A DNA stretch of 64,000 nt from an uncultured Chloroflexia bacterium (GCA_963824735.1 CAWGQH010000002.1:42066-106065), one strand, 5' to 3'. Counted from the first letter of the stretch, positions 1 to 9,891 are shown. Numbers and translations: made by a program. The notes: generated by a model not told the origin, from the sequence alone.

Positions 1-1355
1 TCGTGATCGAGCGCGCGGAGCGCGCGGGAGAGGAGCATGCGTGAACGGGCGATCTCGTACGGTGCGCCGACGTCGCGCCAGGCGGCCACGGCGGCACGCA
101 GCTCTCTGGCGGCCCCCTGCGGATCGCCCTCGGCCAGCAGGACCCGACCCTGGGCGAGCCGCGCACCGGCGTCGAGAGCCGGCGACGGATACCCGGCGAC
201 GATGTCTGCAAGCTCGTCGACCGCCCGGCGGGCTTTGGCCACGTCCCCTGCCGCGATGGCGATCTCGGCCTGGGCAGGCAGCAAGCGGGTTCGAGCGAGG
301 TGATCCCAGGTCTCGTCGCCGACGGCGGCATCGATCGCCTTCACGGCCGCCCGCGTGTTCCCCTGCGCGAGGCGGACGAGTGCGAGCGCGGGCTGGGGCG
401 GCTTTCCATGGTGGTGCGCCTCGCGGAGCGCGACCTCCGCGCCATCGAGGTCGCCCATGAGGCGCCGGACGTCGCCGATCGCGTACAGCCCCTCGGCTCG
501 CGGCGGGGCGACGTTGAACCTGCTGAGCTCGCTCGTCGCGCGTACCAGCTCCTGCTCCGCGCGCTCCCATTCGCCGGACACCGCGGCTACCTCGGCGCGA
601 TGGATCCGGCAGATGCCGGGGAAACCATCGAGGTTGTTCCTTGAGCAGTACTTCTCGGTGGCCTCGATCCACTCGGTCGCACGCCGGTAGTCGGTGAGAT
701 CCCGGCAGGCCCCGATCATGCGGCACGCCGTGACGCCGCTGGTGAAAGGCGTCAGTTCGCCGTTGACGGCCGCGAACGAGGCTTCCTCGAGCAGCGCGAA
801 ACCGTCCGACACATCCCCCCGCGACAGCTTGAGCCAGCCGAGATTCGACTGGGCGAACGCAGCGAGGTCACGATCGTCGTTCGTGCTGCCGATGGCGACG
901 GCCCTCTCGGCAAGAGCGAGGGCAGCCTCGAGCTGGCCCGTAGCGGCGGCGCTCTCGCTGCCGACGAGCGCGAGGTAGCCATGGGCGTAGGTATCGCCCT
1001 CGCTGCCGATCAAGCGTTCGGCCCTGCGCGACCAGGCACCGGCCAGGGCTGGCTTCCCCGCGAACGCGTAGGTCCGGGCAATGTACGCGGCCATGTACGC
1101 GGCCCGGACCGTGTTCCCGTCGGCCTCGTGGCGCGCGTAGCCGCGCTCCTTCGCGTCGAGCTCCACCTCGGGATCGGCCACGAAGAACGCCGCCAGGGCG
1201 AGCGACTCGAGGTCGTCCGCCTCGAGCAGGGCCATCTTGTCAGCTTCCCGCAGCCGGTCGAACGCCTCCTGCCACGCGTGGTTGGCGATGGCCAGGCGAC
1301 CCTCGGCGAGGGGGTCTGCGGACGGCGCGCTCCCCGGCGCCACGGTGTCGGTCAT
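1..1355 (-). CDS. TPR-like helical-repeat regulator (N-terminal part); C-terminal domain (LuxR HTH or cyclase) lies beyond the window edge
   Basis: Manual translation: MTDTVAPGSAPSADPLAEGRLAIANHAWQEAFDRLREAD...CRMIGACRDLTDYRRATEWIEATEKYC...GFPGICRIHRAEV...WRDVGAPYEIARSR. No stop seen before position 1. Not in the ORF track because it is truncated. Confidence 0.7.
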   Translation of the reverse strand, partial: MTDTVAPGSAPSADPLAEGRLAIANHAWQEAFDRLREADKMALLEADDLESLALAAFFVADPEVELDAKERGYARHEADGNTVRAAYMAAYIARTYAFAGKPALAGAWSRRAERLIGSEGDTYAHGYLALVGSESAAATGQLEAALALAERAVAIGSTNDDRDLAAFAQSNLGWLKLSRGDVSDGFALLEEASFAAVNGELTPFTSGVTACRMIGACRDLTDYRRATEWIEATEKYCSRNNLDGFPGICRIHRAEVAAVSGEWERAEQELVRATSELSRFNVAPPRAEGLYAIGDVRRLMGDLDGAEVALREAHHHGKPPQPALALVRLAQGNTRAAVKAIDAAVGDETWDHLARTRLLPAQAEIAIAAGDVAKARRAVDELADIVAGYPSPALDAGARLAQGRVLLAEGDPQGAARELRAAVAAWRDVGAPYEIARSRMLLSRALRALDH

Positions 1356-1386
1356 GGCCCGCATTGTGCCACCGGCGTGCGGCGGT

Positions 1387-2385
1387 TCAGGCCTCCGAGT
1401 TGGCGCGTCCCATGCGGACGAACCGGCGTACCTCGAGCGCGGCGTTGATCGCGGTCAGGACGAGCGTCAATGCGACCGAGATCCGGATGATCGTGTTGAT
1501 CAGCTCGACGAGGTCCTGCTCGTCGGCCGTGGCGCTTGCCGGATCGACGAGGACGACCCAGCTGCCGAGCAGGAGGGAGACCGCGAGGATCGCGATCGAG
1601 GCGATGTCGGTCAGCGCGTGACCGGCGACGCGGAAGCGGGTCCAGGTCGGCCGGAACAGGTTGACGACCGCGATGCCGAGCGCGAACAGGATCACCACGG
1701 TGGCCGCGGGCCACACGTCGGTCCAGCCTGGACCGGGCTTCATGAAGCCGATCTGCTCTGGGAGGCCGATCGCGAGCCAGAACGTCAGGGCAATCGCCAG
1801 CAGGCCGATCTCCAGCACCGACGTGGTGACCGCGACCGCGCGCGTGTGCTGCTTGCCGATCAACTGAACCGCGAGGCCATCGAGGGTCGACACGTCGACA
1901 TCCGGACCCATCGAGTTGACGGTCCGCGGGTCCCAGCCGTCCGGGTCGCGCAGCCAGCGCCGGTCCACCCAGATGAAGAGCAGGGTGACGATCGTGAACT
2001 GGATGACGAACGGCACGACGACGCCGGCAATCGCCGACCAGATCGAACCACCGACGATGAGCGCTACGGCGCCGATGATCAGGGTGATCGCGAGGTTGAT
2101 CCGGAGGACGGTGAGGTACGTCGGAAAGAGCTCCGGACCGATCAGCTGGCCGCCGAACCGGACGGATCGGTCGTCTCCGCGATAGCGCGCTGCCACGGCC
2201 ATTGGATGGCCGAGCGAGCGCAGGATCGCGACCTGCTCGTCCTCGGTCAGCGGGCGACCTCGGACCGCCTCCTCGTCCTCGAAGCGGGACTGGATGCTGT
2301 CGGACAGCTCATTCGTGATGTCGTCCTGCTGGCCGCGCGGCAGGAAGTCGCGGACGGCGCGCAGGTAGCGCTCGACCAGGGTCAT
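1387..2385 (-). CDS. HAAS-domain membrane protein (PadR partner)
   Basis: MTLVERYLRAVRDFLP..QDDITNEL..ILRSLGHPMAVAARY N-terminus followed by several TM helices. ATG overlaps the padR stop. Confidence 0.75.
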   Translation of the reverse strand: MTLVERYLRAVRDFLPRGQQDDITNELSDSIQSRFEDEEAVRGRPLTEDEQVAILRSLGHPMAVAARYRGDDRSVRFGGQLIGPELFPTYLTVLRINLAITLIIGAVALIVGGSIWSAIAGVVVPFVIQFTIVTLLFIWVDRRWLRDPDGWDPRTVNSMGPDVDVSTLDGLAVQLIGKQHTRAVAVTTSVLEIGLLAIALTFWLAIGLPEQIGFMKPGPGWTDVWPAATVVILFALGIAVVNLFRPTWTRFRVAGHALTDIASIAILAVSLLLGSWVVLVDPASATADEQDLVELINTIIRISVALTLVLTAINAALEVRRFVRMGRANSEA

Positions 2386-2747
2386 TCGGTTACCTCCCCG
2401 TTGATGCGGCGGATCGTGGTGTCGAGGTCTCGCCACTGCTCCAGCAGGCGAGCCAGGACTTCCTCCCCCACCGGCGAAAGTCGGTAAAAGCGCTTCGGCC
2501 GGCTATCGGTTTCGCGCCACGTGCTGTCGAGCAGCCCCTGGGTCTCGAGGCGCCGCAACAGCGGGTAGAGCGTGTTCTCGTCGATGTCCATGCCCTGGTC
2601 GACCAGCGCCTTGCGCAGCGCATAGCCGTAGTGCTCGGTTCCGAGCCGGGCCAGGACGGCGAGGACCAGTGCGCCGCGACGGAGCTCCAGGCGGAGGTTC
2701 TCGAACGCGGCGTCCGCGCTGGTCGCGGTCGCTTCGACGGCACTCAT
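2382..2747 (-). CDS. PadR family transcriptional regulator
   Basis: ELRRGALVLAVL..HYGYAL..ENTLYPLLRRLE.QGLL.S.W..RPKRFYRLS..G motif. Confidence 0.92.
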   Translation of the reverse strand: MSAVEATATSADAAFENLRLELRRGALVLAVLARLGTEHYGYALRKALVDQGMDIDENTLYPLLRRLETQGLLDSTWRETDSRPKRFYRLSPVGEEVLARLLEQWRDLDTTIRRINGEVTE

Positions 2748-2783
2748 GCCGCACAGTGTGTGTCACACAGTGTGCGATGTCAA
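2748..2783 (-). promoter_or_regulatory. sigma70-type leaderless promoter of padR with overlapping palindromic operator
   Basis: Minus strand TTGACA (2783-2778), 17 nt, CACACT (2760-2755), 7 nt, ATG. Near-palindrome GCACAGTGTGTGTCACACAGTGTGC at 2751-2775. Confidence 0.7.
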
Positions 2784-2818
2784 GTACATCTATTGGCGCC
2801 GCGGCCGACAATCGTGCG

Positions 2819-4144
2819 ATGGCGCTACCGGAGACCCAATACGCGATTACCCCGGACGAGGTGCATCTCGCGTACCAGGTCAGCGGGTCAGGCGACGTCG
2901 ACATCGTGCTGATGCACGGGACGGTTGCCCATCTCGAAATCGCCTGGGAGGACCCGATGCTGCGCCGGTTGTACGACCGGCTCGGCTCGTTTGGCCGCCT
3001 CATCCGGTTTGACCGGCGCGGCATGGGGATGTCCGACACGCTGGACGAGCTGCCTGCTTTCGAGCAGCAGGTCGAAGACTTTGGCGTCGTGATGCAGGCA
3101 GCCGGCACGACTCGCGCTGCGCTCATGGGGACGGGTGATGCTGGCATGCTCGCCCTGTCTTTCGCGGCGGCGCATCCCGCTCACGTCAGCAGAGTCGTTG
3201 CATATGAGGTCACGCCGCGCCTGACGCCATCACCGAACGACGAGTTCGGTGTGGACATGGCCGAGCTGGGTCGAATGGCCGCAGCCAGCGCGGCCCTCGA
3301 CCTCGACGCCCACCTTTCGATCGTGGCGCCAGCCAGGAAGGATGAGCCAGGGTTCAAGGCATGGTTCCGCCGGTTCACCCGGTCGGCATCCAGTGGCTTC
3401 CGGATCGAAGGGTTCATCAGGGATCAGATGACGTGGGATATCACCGGCATTCTCTCCACGATTTCGACGCCCGTCCTCGTGCTGAACCGGACCGGCAACA
3501 CGATCCTCCCGCTGCGCAGCACCCGCGCCCTCGCGGCAGCACTGCCGAATGCGACGAGCGCCGAGATCGAGGGGACCGGGACGACGATCTTCGCCGACGA
3601 GGTCGACCGCATCGCCGACGAGATCCAGGCGTTCCTGACCGGCGCGCGGCCGTTGCCGCGGCCGGACCGCGTGCTGGCGACCGTGCTCTTCACCGACATC
3701 GTCGGTTCGACGCAGCGCGCAGCGGAGCTCGGCGACCACGCCTGGCGGTCGCTGCTGTCACAGCACGATCGGTTGCTGCGGTCCGAGCTCGACCGTTTCG
3801 GAGGACGCGTCATCCACACGACCGGCGATGGCTTGCTCGCGACGTTCGATTCGCCACGACTGGCGATTGAGTGCGCGCGGGCGGCGAGCGAATCCATTGC
3901 CGCCATCGGCCTGGAGATCCGAGCGGGCATCCACACTGGCGAGATTGAACTGGCCGATGGGGACATCCACGGCCTCGCGGTCCACCTCGGTGCGCGAATC
4001 GCAGCGTTGGCAGGCCCGCGCCAAGTCTTCGTGTCGTCGACGGTGAAGGACCTTGTTGTCGGCTCTGGGCTCGAGTTCGCGGATCGTGGCGAGCACGAAC
4101 TCAAGGGCGTGCCCGGGACGTGGCGGGTTTTCGAGGCGGTTTGA
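2819..4144 (+). CDS. alpha/beta-hydrolase + class III adenylate cyclase (LipJ/Rv1900c-like)
   Basis: ETQYA..HLAYQV.G.G, FDRRGMGMSD, then RVLATVLFTDIVGST, TGDG, RAGIHTGEIE, GLAVHLGARI, GEHELKGVPG. Confidence 0.9.
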   Translation: MALPETQYAITPDEVHLAYQVSGSGDVDIVLMHGTVAHLEIAWEDPMLRRLYDRLGSFGRLIRFDRRGMGMSDTLDELPAFEQQVEDFGVVMQAAGTTRAALMGTGDAGMLALSFAAAHPAHVSRVVAYEVTPRLTPSPNDEFGVDMAELGRMAAASAALDLDAHLSIVAPARKDEPGFKAWFRRFTRSASSGFRIEGFIRDQMTWDITGILSTISTPVLVLNRTGNTILPLRSTRALAAALPNATSAEIEGTGTTIFADEVDRIADEIQAFLTGARPLPRPDRVLATVLFTDIVGSTQRAAELGDHAWRSLLSQHDRLLRSELDRFGGRVIHTTGDGLLATFDSPRLAIECARAASESIAAIGLEIRAGIHTGEIELADGDIHGLAVHLGARIAALAGPRQVFVSSTVKDLVVGSGLEFADRGEHELKGVPGTWRVFEAV

Positions 4145-4146
4145 GT

Positions 4147-4863
4147 TCAAGCCTGATCGCGAGCTTTCCTGGCGGCCTTGAGGTCGCTGGCGAGGAGCCT
4201 GATCACACGAGTGGAGTCAGCGGGGCCATCGCGCTCGACGAGCTCCCAGCCCGGCAGGCCACGACGCACCTTCGAGGAGCCGAGCACTTCGACGACGGCC
4301 TCGATCACCGAGTCAGGCTTCGTGGCAGTTCCAACCGCGGCCAGGATCTCGCGCGCAAGCAGGCGCGCCGCGACCACCGGCTGATTCCCCGTGATGTCAC
4401 GCCGCACGAGGGCGTCGGCGTCCTCGATCCCCTCTTCCTCGAGCGCGGCGATCAACCGACGTGCACGGCGCGCGGCCTCGCGGTCGTCGTCCTCGAGCTT
4501 GTCCAGCCAGGTCCGCGGCGGGGGCGGTGGCGGCTTTGGCTCTTCGGCTGGCGGCTTCTCCTTGCCACGCTTGCCGGACGCCGGCCTCGCGCCCTTTGCG
4601 AGCCGGTCGGCCAGCGGCGACGCGGCCGGCGCCTCGTCGCGCAGCGCATCGGCAGCCGCTTTCGCCTCGTCGAGCGTGTCGAACGGACCGACGGTTCGCG
4701 CCAGTCCGAACTCGTCGTGCTGCTCCTCGTCGGTGATGAACCAGCGCGACGGACCCTCGGACCGGATGGAGAATCGCTCGTCGGAGGACTGGTAGACACC
4801 GGCTTCGGCCCGCTTCCACGGCGGCACCGGCTTGGGCTTCTTGGAACGTGCTGTCGGGCTCAC
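4147..4863 (-). CDS. hypothetical protein
   Basis: GTG overlaps the dinB-family stop (GTGA). Protein-like sequence WKRAEAGVYQSSDERFSI..DEFGLARTVGPFDTLDEAK with a Pro-rich linker. Confidence 0.7.
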   Translation of the reverse strand: MSPTARSKKPKPVPPWKRAEAGVYQSSDERFSIRSEGPSRWFITDEEQHDEFGLARTVGPFDTLDEAKAAADALRDEAPAASPLADRLAKGARPASGKRGKEKPPAEEPKPPPPPPRTWLDKLEDDDREAARRARRLIAALEEEGIEDADALVRRDITGNQPVVAARLLAREILAAVGTATKPDSVIEAVVEVLGSSKVRRGLPGWELVERDGPADSTRVIRLLASDLKAARKARDQA

Positions 4864-5405
4864 CCGGGGACTGCAGCCGGGTCGTCGCGGCGGAGCAGGA
4901 TGCCGAGGTACGCCTTCCACGGCCCAACCTCGGCGTCGTACGAGCCCGCCAGTCCCGCGTAGATCTGCGACACGTGGTCGAGGTCGTGCACGGCCCACGT
5001 CGCGAGGAGCTCGCGCAGCGTCACCTCGCCGAGCGACGGATGCGCGCCCCTGCGGTCGAGATCGTTGGTCGCCAGCGCGTCGATCCTGGCCACGTTGCCC
5101 GCCCGCAGGTCCGCGAAACGTTCGATGAGGGCGTCGAGCGGTGCGTCGACGTCGCGCTGGACGTGGGCGAACCGGTCAAACGGGTCGAACGCCTTCGCCG
5201 TGCCGTGCTCGAGGATCCGCTCTGTCCGCGGGATCCAATCGTCAAGTTCGCCGCTGATCAGGTGGCCCACTACGTCGCGGGGGCGCCAGCCGTCGGCCAC
5301 GTCGGGAGTGGCGGTCCACGTCTCGGGCAGCCCTGTCAGCAGCGCCCGCAGCACGTCCGGCGTCCGCCGCAGCAGGTCCCGCGTGTCGCCGAGGAAGTCG
5401 CTCAT
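4860..5405 (-). CDS. DinB family protein
   Basis: WRPRDVVGHL..ELDDWIPR..FDPFDR..GAHPSLGEVTLRELLATWAVHDLDH. Confidence 0.88.
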   Translation of the reverse strand: MSDFLGDTRDLLRRTPDVLRALLTGLPETWTATPDVADGWRPRDVVGHLISGELDDWIPRTERILEHGTAKAFDPFDRFAHVQRDVDAPLDALIERFADLRAGNVARIDALATNDLDRRGAHPSLGEVTLRELLATWAVHDLDHVSQIYAGLAGSYDAEVGPWKAYLGILLRRDDPAAVPG

Positions 5406-5460
5406 CTTCAGCCGATGGTACGCCGCGGGCGCAGCCGGTAGCAGTGGCCCGCGGGCGTGC

Positions 5461-5487
5461 CGGAGGCCGCCGAACGGGCGGCCTCCG
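5461..5487. terminator. GC-rich hairpin downstream of the VOC gene
   Basis: CGGAGGCCGCC-gaacg-GGCGGCCTCCG, perfect 11-bp stem, no U-tract. Confidence 0.5.
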
Positions 5488-5501
5488 ACTACAGCTGCGC
5501 T

Positions 5502-6005
5502 TCAGCGGCTCGTTGCGATCGAGTGCTCCTTGCCCGCATACGCGGCCTCGAGCTCGGCGACGTCCAGCTTTCCCATCTGGAGCATCGCCTGCATGGCGCG
5601 CTCCGCTCCGGCGGGATCTGGTCCTTCGAGCACCTCGTAGAGCTGCTTCGGGACGACCTGCCACGACAGGCCGAAGCGGTCCTTGAGCCAGCCGCACGGG
5701 CCGTGCTCGCCGCCGCCCTCGACGAGGGCGTCCCAGTAGCGATCGACCTCGGCCTGGTCCTCGCAGTCGATGACGAACGAGACCGCCTCGTTGAACTTGA
5801 AGTCCGGGCCGCCGTTCAGGCCCACGAATGGCTGCCCACGCAGCGTGAAGTTGATGGTCAGGACGTCGCCCTTCTTGCCGGAGGGGTTGTCGGCGGTCGC
5901 GCGAGACACCTTGTCGATGTGGCTGTCGGGCAGGAGCTTGGTGTAGAACTCGGCGGCCTCTTCGGCCTGGCCGTCGAACCAGAGACAGGCTGAGAGCTTC
6001 GACAC
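5502..6005 (-). CDS. VOC family protein (PhnB / 3-demethylubiquinone-9 3-methyltransferase-like)
   Basis: CLWFDGQAEEAAEFY, LNGGPDFKFNEAVSF, CGWLKDRFGLSWQVVP. GGAGG RBS before GTG. Confidence 0.92.
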   Translation of the reverse strand: MSKLSACLWFDGQAEEAAEFYTKLLPDSHIDKVSRATADNPSGKKGDVLTINFTLRGQPFVGLNGGPDFKFNEAVSFVIDCEDQAEVDRYWDALVEGGGEHGPCGWLKDRFGLSWQVVPKQLYEVLEGPDPAGAERAMQAMLQMGKLDVAELEAAYAGKEHSIATSR

Positions 6006-6505
6006 AGATGTTCCTCCATGGGTGCGCCGCTGGGTTTCGCCGCGGCATTCACCAGTAGAACGCCTGAGGCGGCTGGAACTCATCGGCCGCGGGACCCAAA
6101 CGTTGCATCGGGCGAACGAAACTCTCCCTTCAGCGAGCCGACTGACTTCGGCTTCTCTTGGCGAGCGTTCGCCATCAACGAACGAAACGGCACATGAGCG
6201 CGGCCGACCGGCAGACATCCCGTCCAGACGTTCGGCCGCGGCGAACAGCCACGTTCAGGAAGCGCGGTCAAGTGCGGTCAATTGGCCATGCGTCAACGTT
6301 CGTGCAGCAATTCGTTCGGTCGGAGCGAACAGCAACGTCAGCAGGCGTGATTACGCCTCGTAATCGATTTGGATGAGCGCGCACGCCCATCTGCCCGGAC
6401 TGCACCGTAGGCGTCCTGGCGTGCGGGCTCGTCGCGATGCGATGAGAGTCGGAGTAATCGGCGGCCCGTCCGACGGCGAAGCTACCGTCGCGCTCGGAAA
6501 GGGCC

Positions 6506-7840
6506 CTACAGAATCGGCGAGATCGCCGAGATCGCCCGGTTCACGGCCCGTTCGCGGCGGCCGGTCGGGATACGCGCCGGCGTGGCGACGAGGAGGTCCC
6601 GATCGAACAGCTCCTTCGCGACGTGATCGGCCACCTCGCGGTCGGCGATCCGGAGCTGGAGCTCCCAGTTGCGGCGCAGGCTCAACCCATCGAGATTGGC
6701 GGTCCCCGCGAAGACCGTGTCGTCGGCGAGGACGACCTTGGCGTGGGCCATGCTCGGGTGCTCGCGAATGTCCACGCCGGCTTCCTGGAGCGCCGGGAAG
6801 AACGCTCGGACGGCGGCCTTGGCGGGGAACGACTTGGGGTCGGCCGGGACGATCACCCGGACGTCAACTCCGCGCCTGCCTGCCTCGACGATCCCCTTCA
6901 GGATCGCCCGGTCGGCGAGGTACGGGTTGATCACGTAGAGCCGCTTCGTTGCACCGTCGATCGCCGCCTGGAACGCCGGCGCGATCGGCAGGTGCTTCTC
7001 GCCCGGGTTGTTCGCCAGGATCTCCATCTCGACCCCCGGCCCGTCGGGCTGGATCGGGAAGTAGCGGTCCAGCTCCCCGGCCGTCGCCGGCAACGGCCCG
7101 CCCTGGAAATGCCAGGACAAAAGGAAGACGGCCTGCAGCTGGCTCACGATCGGGCCTTCGAGGCGGAGCATGATGTCGTGGAACCGCTCGTCGTTGTAGT
7201 GGTCCTCGATCCCCGGTCCGCCGACGAACGCCACGCGGCCGTCAACGACGACGATCTTGCGGTGGTCGAAATGGCCGAAGTCGTCGAACCGCCAGTCGAT
7301 CCTGCGCTCGCCGAGCAGGCCGTCGAGGTCGAGGAAGCCACCCTGGTTGGCCACGATCTGCACGCCACCCTCGCGCATCTCGCGGTACAGCGCGCGTGAC
7401 CCGAGGCCGGGCTGACTGTAGGCCGCTTCCACGATCAACCGGACGGGGATTCCCTCCCGCACCTTGCGGATCAGCAGGTCGCGGAAGCGGCTGCCGATCT
7501 CGCCCGCCTTGAAGCCGAAGATGATGATGTGGACGTCCGATTGGGCGGCCTCGATGTCGGCCAGCATCCGCGGGAAGAACGCCGGCCCATCGATCAGCAG
7601 CTCCCATGCCGTCGCCGTCGCGGGAGCGAAATCGATCGTCAGCGGGCGACGTTCCGGCCGCTGACCGAGGACGGCTTCGACCAGCGCCCGCGCACCCTCG
7701 GGCGTGACGCCGCCCGGCACGTCCGTTTCCGTGCCTGCGCCGAGCGCCACCGACTCGGCCGCGCGGGCGGCCCGCCGGCGTCGGAAGGCGAGGACGCCCG
7801 CCACCGCTGCCGCGGCCAACAGGAACAACCGGACGATCAC
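6506..7840 (-). CDS. phospholipase D / cardiolipin synthase-like protein
   Basis: Two HKD motifs (DHRKIVVVDG, HAKVVLADD) and an N-terminal TM. TATCCT 7 nt before GTG. Confidence 0.88.
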   Translation of the reverse strand: MIVRLFLLAAAAVAGVLAFRRRRAARAAESVALGAGTETDVPGGVTPEGARALVEAVLGQRPERRPLTIDFAPATATAWELLIDGPAFFPRMLADIEAAQSDVHIIIFGFKAGEIGSRFRDLLIRKVREGIPVRLIVEAAYSQPGLGSRALYREMREGGVQIVANQGGFLDLDGLLGERRIDWRFDDFGHFDHRKIVVVDGRVAFVGGPGIEDHYNDERFHDIMLRLEGPIVSQLQAVFLLSWHFQGGPLPATAGELDRYFPIQPDGPGVEMEILANNPGEKHLPIAPAFQAAIDGATKRLYVINPYLADRAILKGIVEAGRRGVDVRVIVPADPKSFPAKAAVRAFFPALQEAGVDIREHPSMAHAKVVLADDTVFAGTANLDGLSLRRNWELQLRIADREVADHVAKELFDRDLLVATPARIPTGRRERAVNRAISAISPIL

Positions 7841-7935
7841 GGGCGCAAGGATACCGGCAGCGGTGCGGCGCAGGATCGCTGGACGCAGCGGGCGCGGACG
7901 CGTGAGAATCACGTGTGAAGCTGGAGGCCTGCCCG

Positions 7936-8553
7936 ATGCCCGCTGAACTCCCAAGCGATCAGATCGAGCTTCGCCACGCGGCGACCGACCGCGCCACGAT
8001 CGTCGTGGTGCCCGAGCGGCGGATGTTCGCCATCGACGGCCTGGGCGACCCGCGAACGAGCGGGTTCGTGCTCGCGAGCGAGACGCTACGCGCCACTGAC
8101 GAAGCCCTGCGGGCGCGCGTGCAGCGGGAGCACGGCCGGAAGGTTGCAGCGGGGGTCCTCGAGTGCGCGTGGTGGACCCACCCCGAGCCGCCGAGCCAGG
8201 AACTTGCCGAATCGTTCGCCGACCGTTCGACGTGGCACTGGCAGCAGATGCTTGAGATCCCTGCCGAAGCCGGCGACGAGGACGCGCAGGCGGCGATCGA
8301 GGCGTCCCATTCGGGCCTCGGCCCTTCGTCCCCGCCGGTGCGGGTGATCCAGTTCGCGGAAGGTCGCTCGGCGCAGATCCTCCATGTCGGTGGTCCAGCC
8401 ACCGAACATCAATCTGTCGTGGCCCTGTTCGACGCGGTCTCGAGCGCGGGTCTGCGACCGCATGGCCACCTGCACGAGATCCGCCTCTCGGACTACGAGC
8501 GCGTTCCCGGCCACCGGGCGCGTTCGATCCTGCGCCTCCCGATCGAGGCCTGA
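7936..8553 (+). CDS. GyrI-like small-molecule-binding protein
   Basis: FAIDGLGDP, LECAWW, WHWQQML, EGRSAQILHVG, HLHEIRLSD, ILRLPI. Confidence 0.8.
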   Translation: MPAELPSDQIELRHAATDRATIVVVPERRMFAIDGLGDPRTSGFVLASETLRATDEALRARVQREHGRKVAAGVLECAWWTHPEPPSQELAESFADRSTWHWQQMLEIPAEAGDEDAQAAIEASHSGLGPSSPPVRVIQFAEGRSAQILHVGGPATEHQSVVALFDAVSSAGLRPHGHLHEIRLSDYERVPGHRARSILRLPIEA

Positions 8554-8555
8554 GC

Positions 8556-9149
8556 GTGGCGACGAGGCGCGTGGCATGGCGACGTTCGGACGAGGTGGCG
8601 ACCGACGAGCATTGCACGCTGACCCAGCGGGACAGTGGCCTGTCGCTGGTCGGGACGGTCCTCGGCTCGGAGGGTGGCGTCCCGGTCCGGATCGAGTACC
8701 GGGTCCTGGCCGACGCGGAGGGCCTCACCAACGCCGCGCACGTCCGCGACCTGCGCGGGTTCGAACAGCGGACGCTCGTGCTCGAACGTGACGCGAAGGG
8801 TGGCTGGTCCGTGGACGGCAAGACCGTCCGAGGGCTCAAGGGTGCGACCGACGTGGACCTCGGCTGCAGCCCGTCGACCAACACCCTCCCGATCCGCCGG
8901 CTGCGGCTCGGCGTCGGCGCATCGAAGACGATCAAGGCGGCATGGGTGAGCTTCCCGGAACTGACCGTGGTCAAGGCCGACCAGAATTACACGCGGCTCG
9001 ACGAGTTCACGTACCGCTATGCGAGCGGAGACTTCGAGGCGGAGCTCACCGTCGACGACGAGGGCCTCGTCGCCGCCTACGCGGATTGGGCACGGACGGG
9101 CGTCGCCATCGGCCCGGGTGATACGGAGCCGCTGGATGTCCAGCGCTGA
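8556..9149 (+). CDS. putative glycolipid-binding domain protein
   Basis: LKGATDVDLGCSPSTNTLPIRRL..AWVSFPEL..QNYTRL..FEAELTVDDEGLV. Confidence 0.88.
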   Translation: MATRRVAWRRSDEVATDEHCTLTQRDSGLSLVGTVLGSEGGVPVRIEYRVLADAEGLTNAAHVRDLRGFEQRTLVLERDAKGGWSVDGKTVRGLKGATDVDLGCSPSTNTLPIRRLRLGVGASKTIKAAWVSFPELTVVKADQNYTRLDEFTYRYASGDFEAELTVDDEGLVAAYADWARTGVAIGPGDTEPLDVQR

Positions 9150-9171
9150 GAAATACAGACGAAGGAGCGGC

Positions 9172-9891
9172 ATGGAATCACTCCAGGACCAGGTCGTCGT
9201 CATCACCGGGGCAAGCGCCGGGATCGGGCGCGCTACCGCTCGGGAACTGCTCGATGGGGGGTCACGGGTTGTCGTCGGCGCCCGGCGAAGAGAGCGCCTC
9301 GACCAGCTCGAAGCGGAGTTCCCCGATCGAGTAGCCGCGGTCACGATGGACGTCCGGGTCCCGGCCGACAGCCAGCGACTGGTGTCAACGGCGCTGGAGC
9401 GGTTCGGCCGCCTCGACGCCCTCGTGGCGAACACGGGCATCGGGATGTACGGCGGGATCCTCGACAACACCGACGAGGCGCTGGCCGCCATGATCGACAC
9501 CAATATCGCCGGAACGGTGTGGCCAATCCGGGCTGCCGTCCCGCACATGATCGAGGCCGGTCGCGGCGACATCGTGATCGTGGCGTCGGTCGCCGGGTTC
9601 CGCGGAGGAGCCGACGAGGCGGTCTACGCCGCGACGAAGTTCGCCCAGGTCGGCCTTGCCGGCTCGCTCGACCGCGAGCTGCGTGAGAAGGGCATCCGGG
9701 TCACGACCATCGGGCCGGCCGGCACGTCGACCGAGTTCGCCATCGGCACCGGACGGACCGAGGACATGCCCGAGCTGCAGACGTACCTGCGCCCGGAGGA
9801 CATCGCATTCGCGATCCGGACCGTGCTCGAGCAGCCGCGCCGCCTGCGCACGCAGTACTGGACGATCTGGAGCATGGCCCAGGGCTCGTGA
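9172..9891 (+). CDS. SDR family oxidoreductase
   Basis: TGASAGIG, ASVAG, YAATK. AAGGAG RBS. Confidence 0.92.
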   Translation: MESLQDQVVVITGASAGIGRATARELLDGGSRVVVGARRRERLDQLEAEFPDRVAAVTMDVRVPADSQRLVSTALERFGRLDALVANTGIGMYGGILDNTDEALAAMIDTNIAGTVWPIRAAVPHMIEAGRGDIVIVASVAGFRGGADEAVYAATKFAQVGLAGSLDRELREKGIRVTTIGPAGTSTEFAIGTGRTEDMPELQTYLRPEDIAFAIRTVLEQPRRLRTQYWTIWSMAQGS

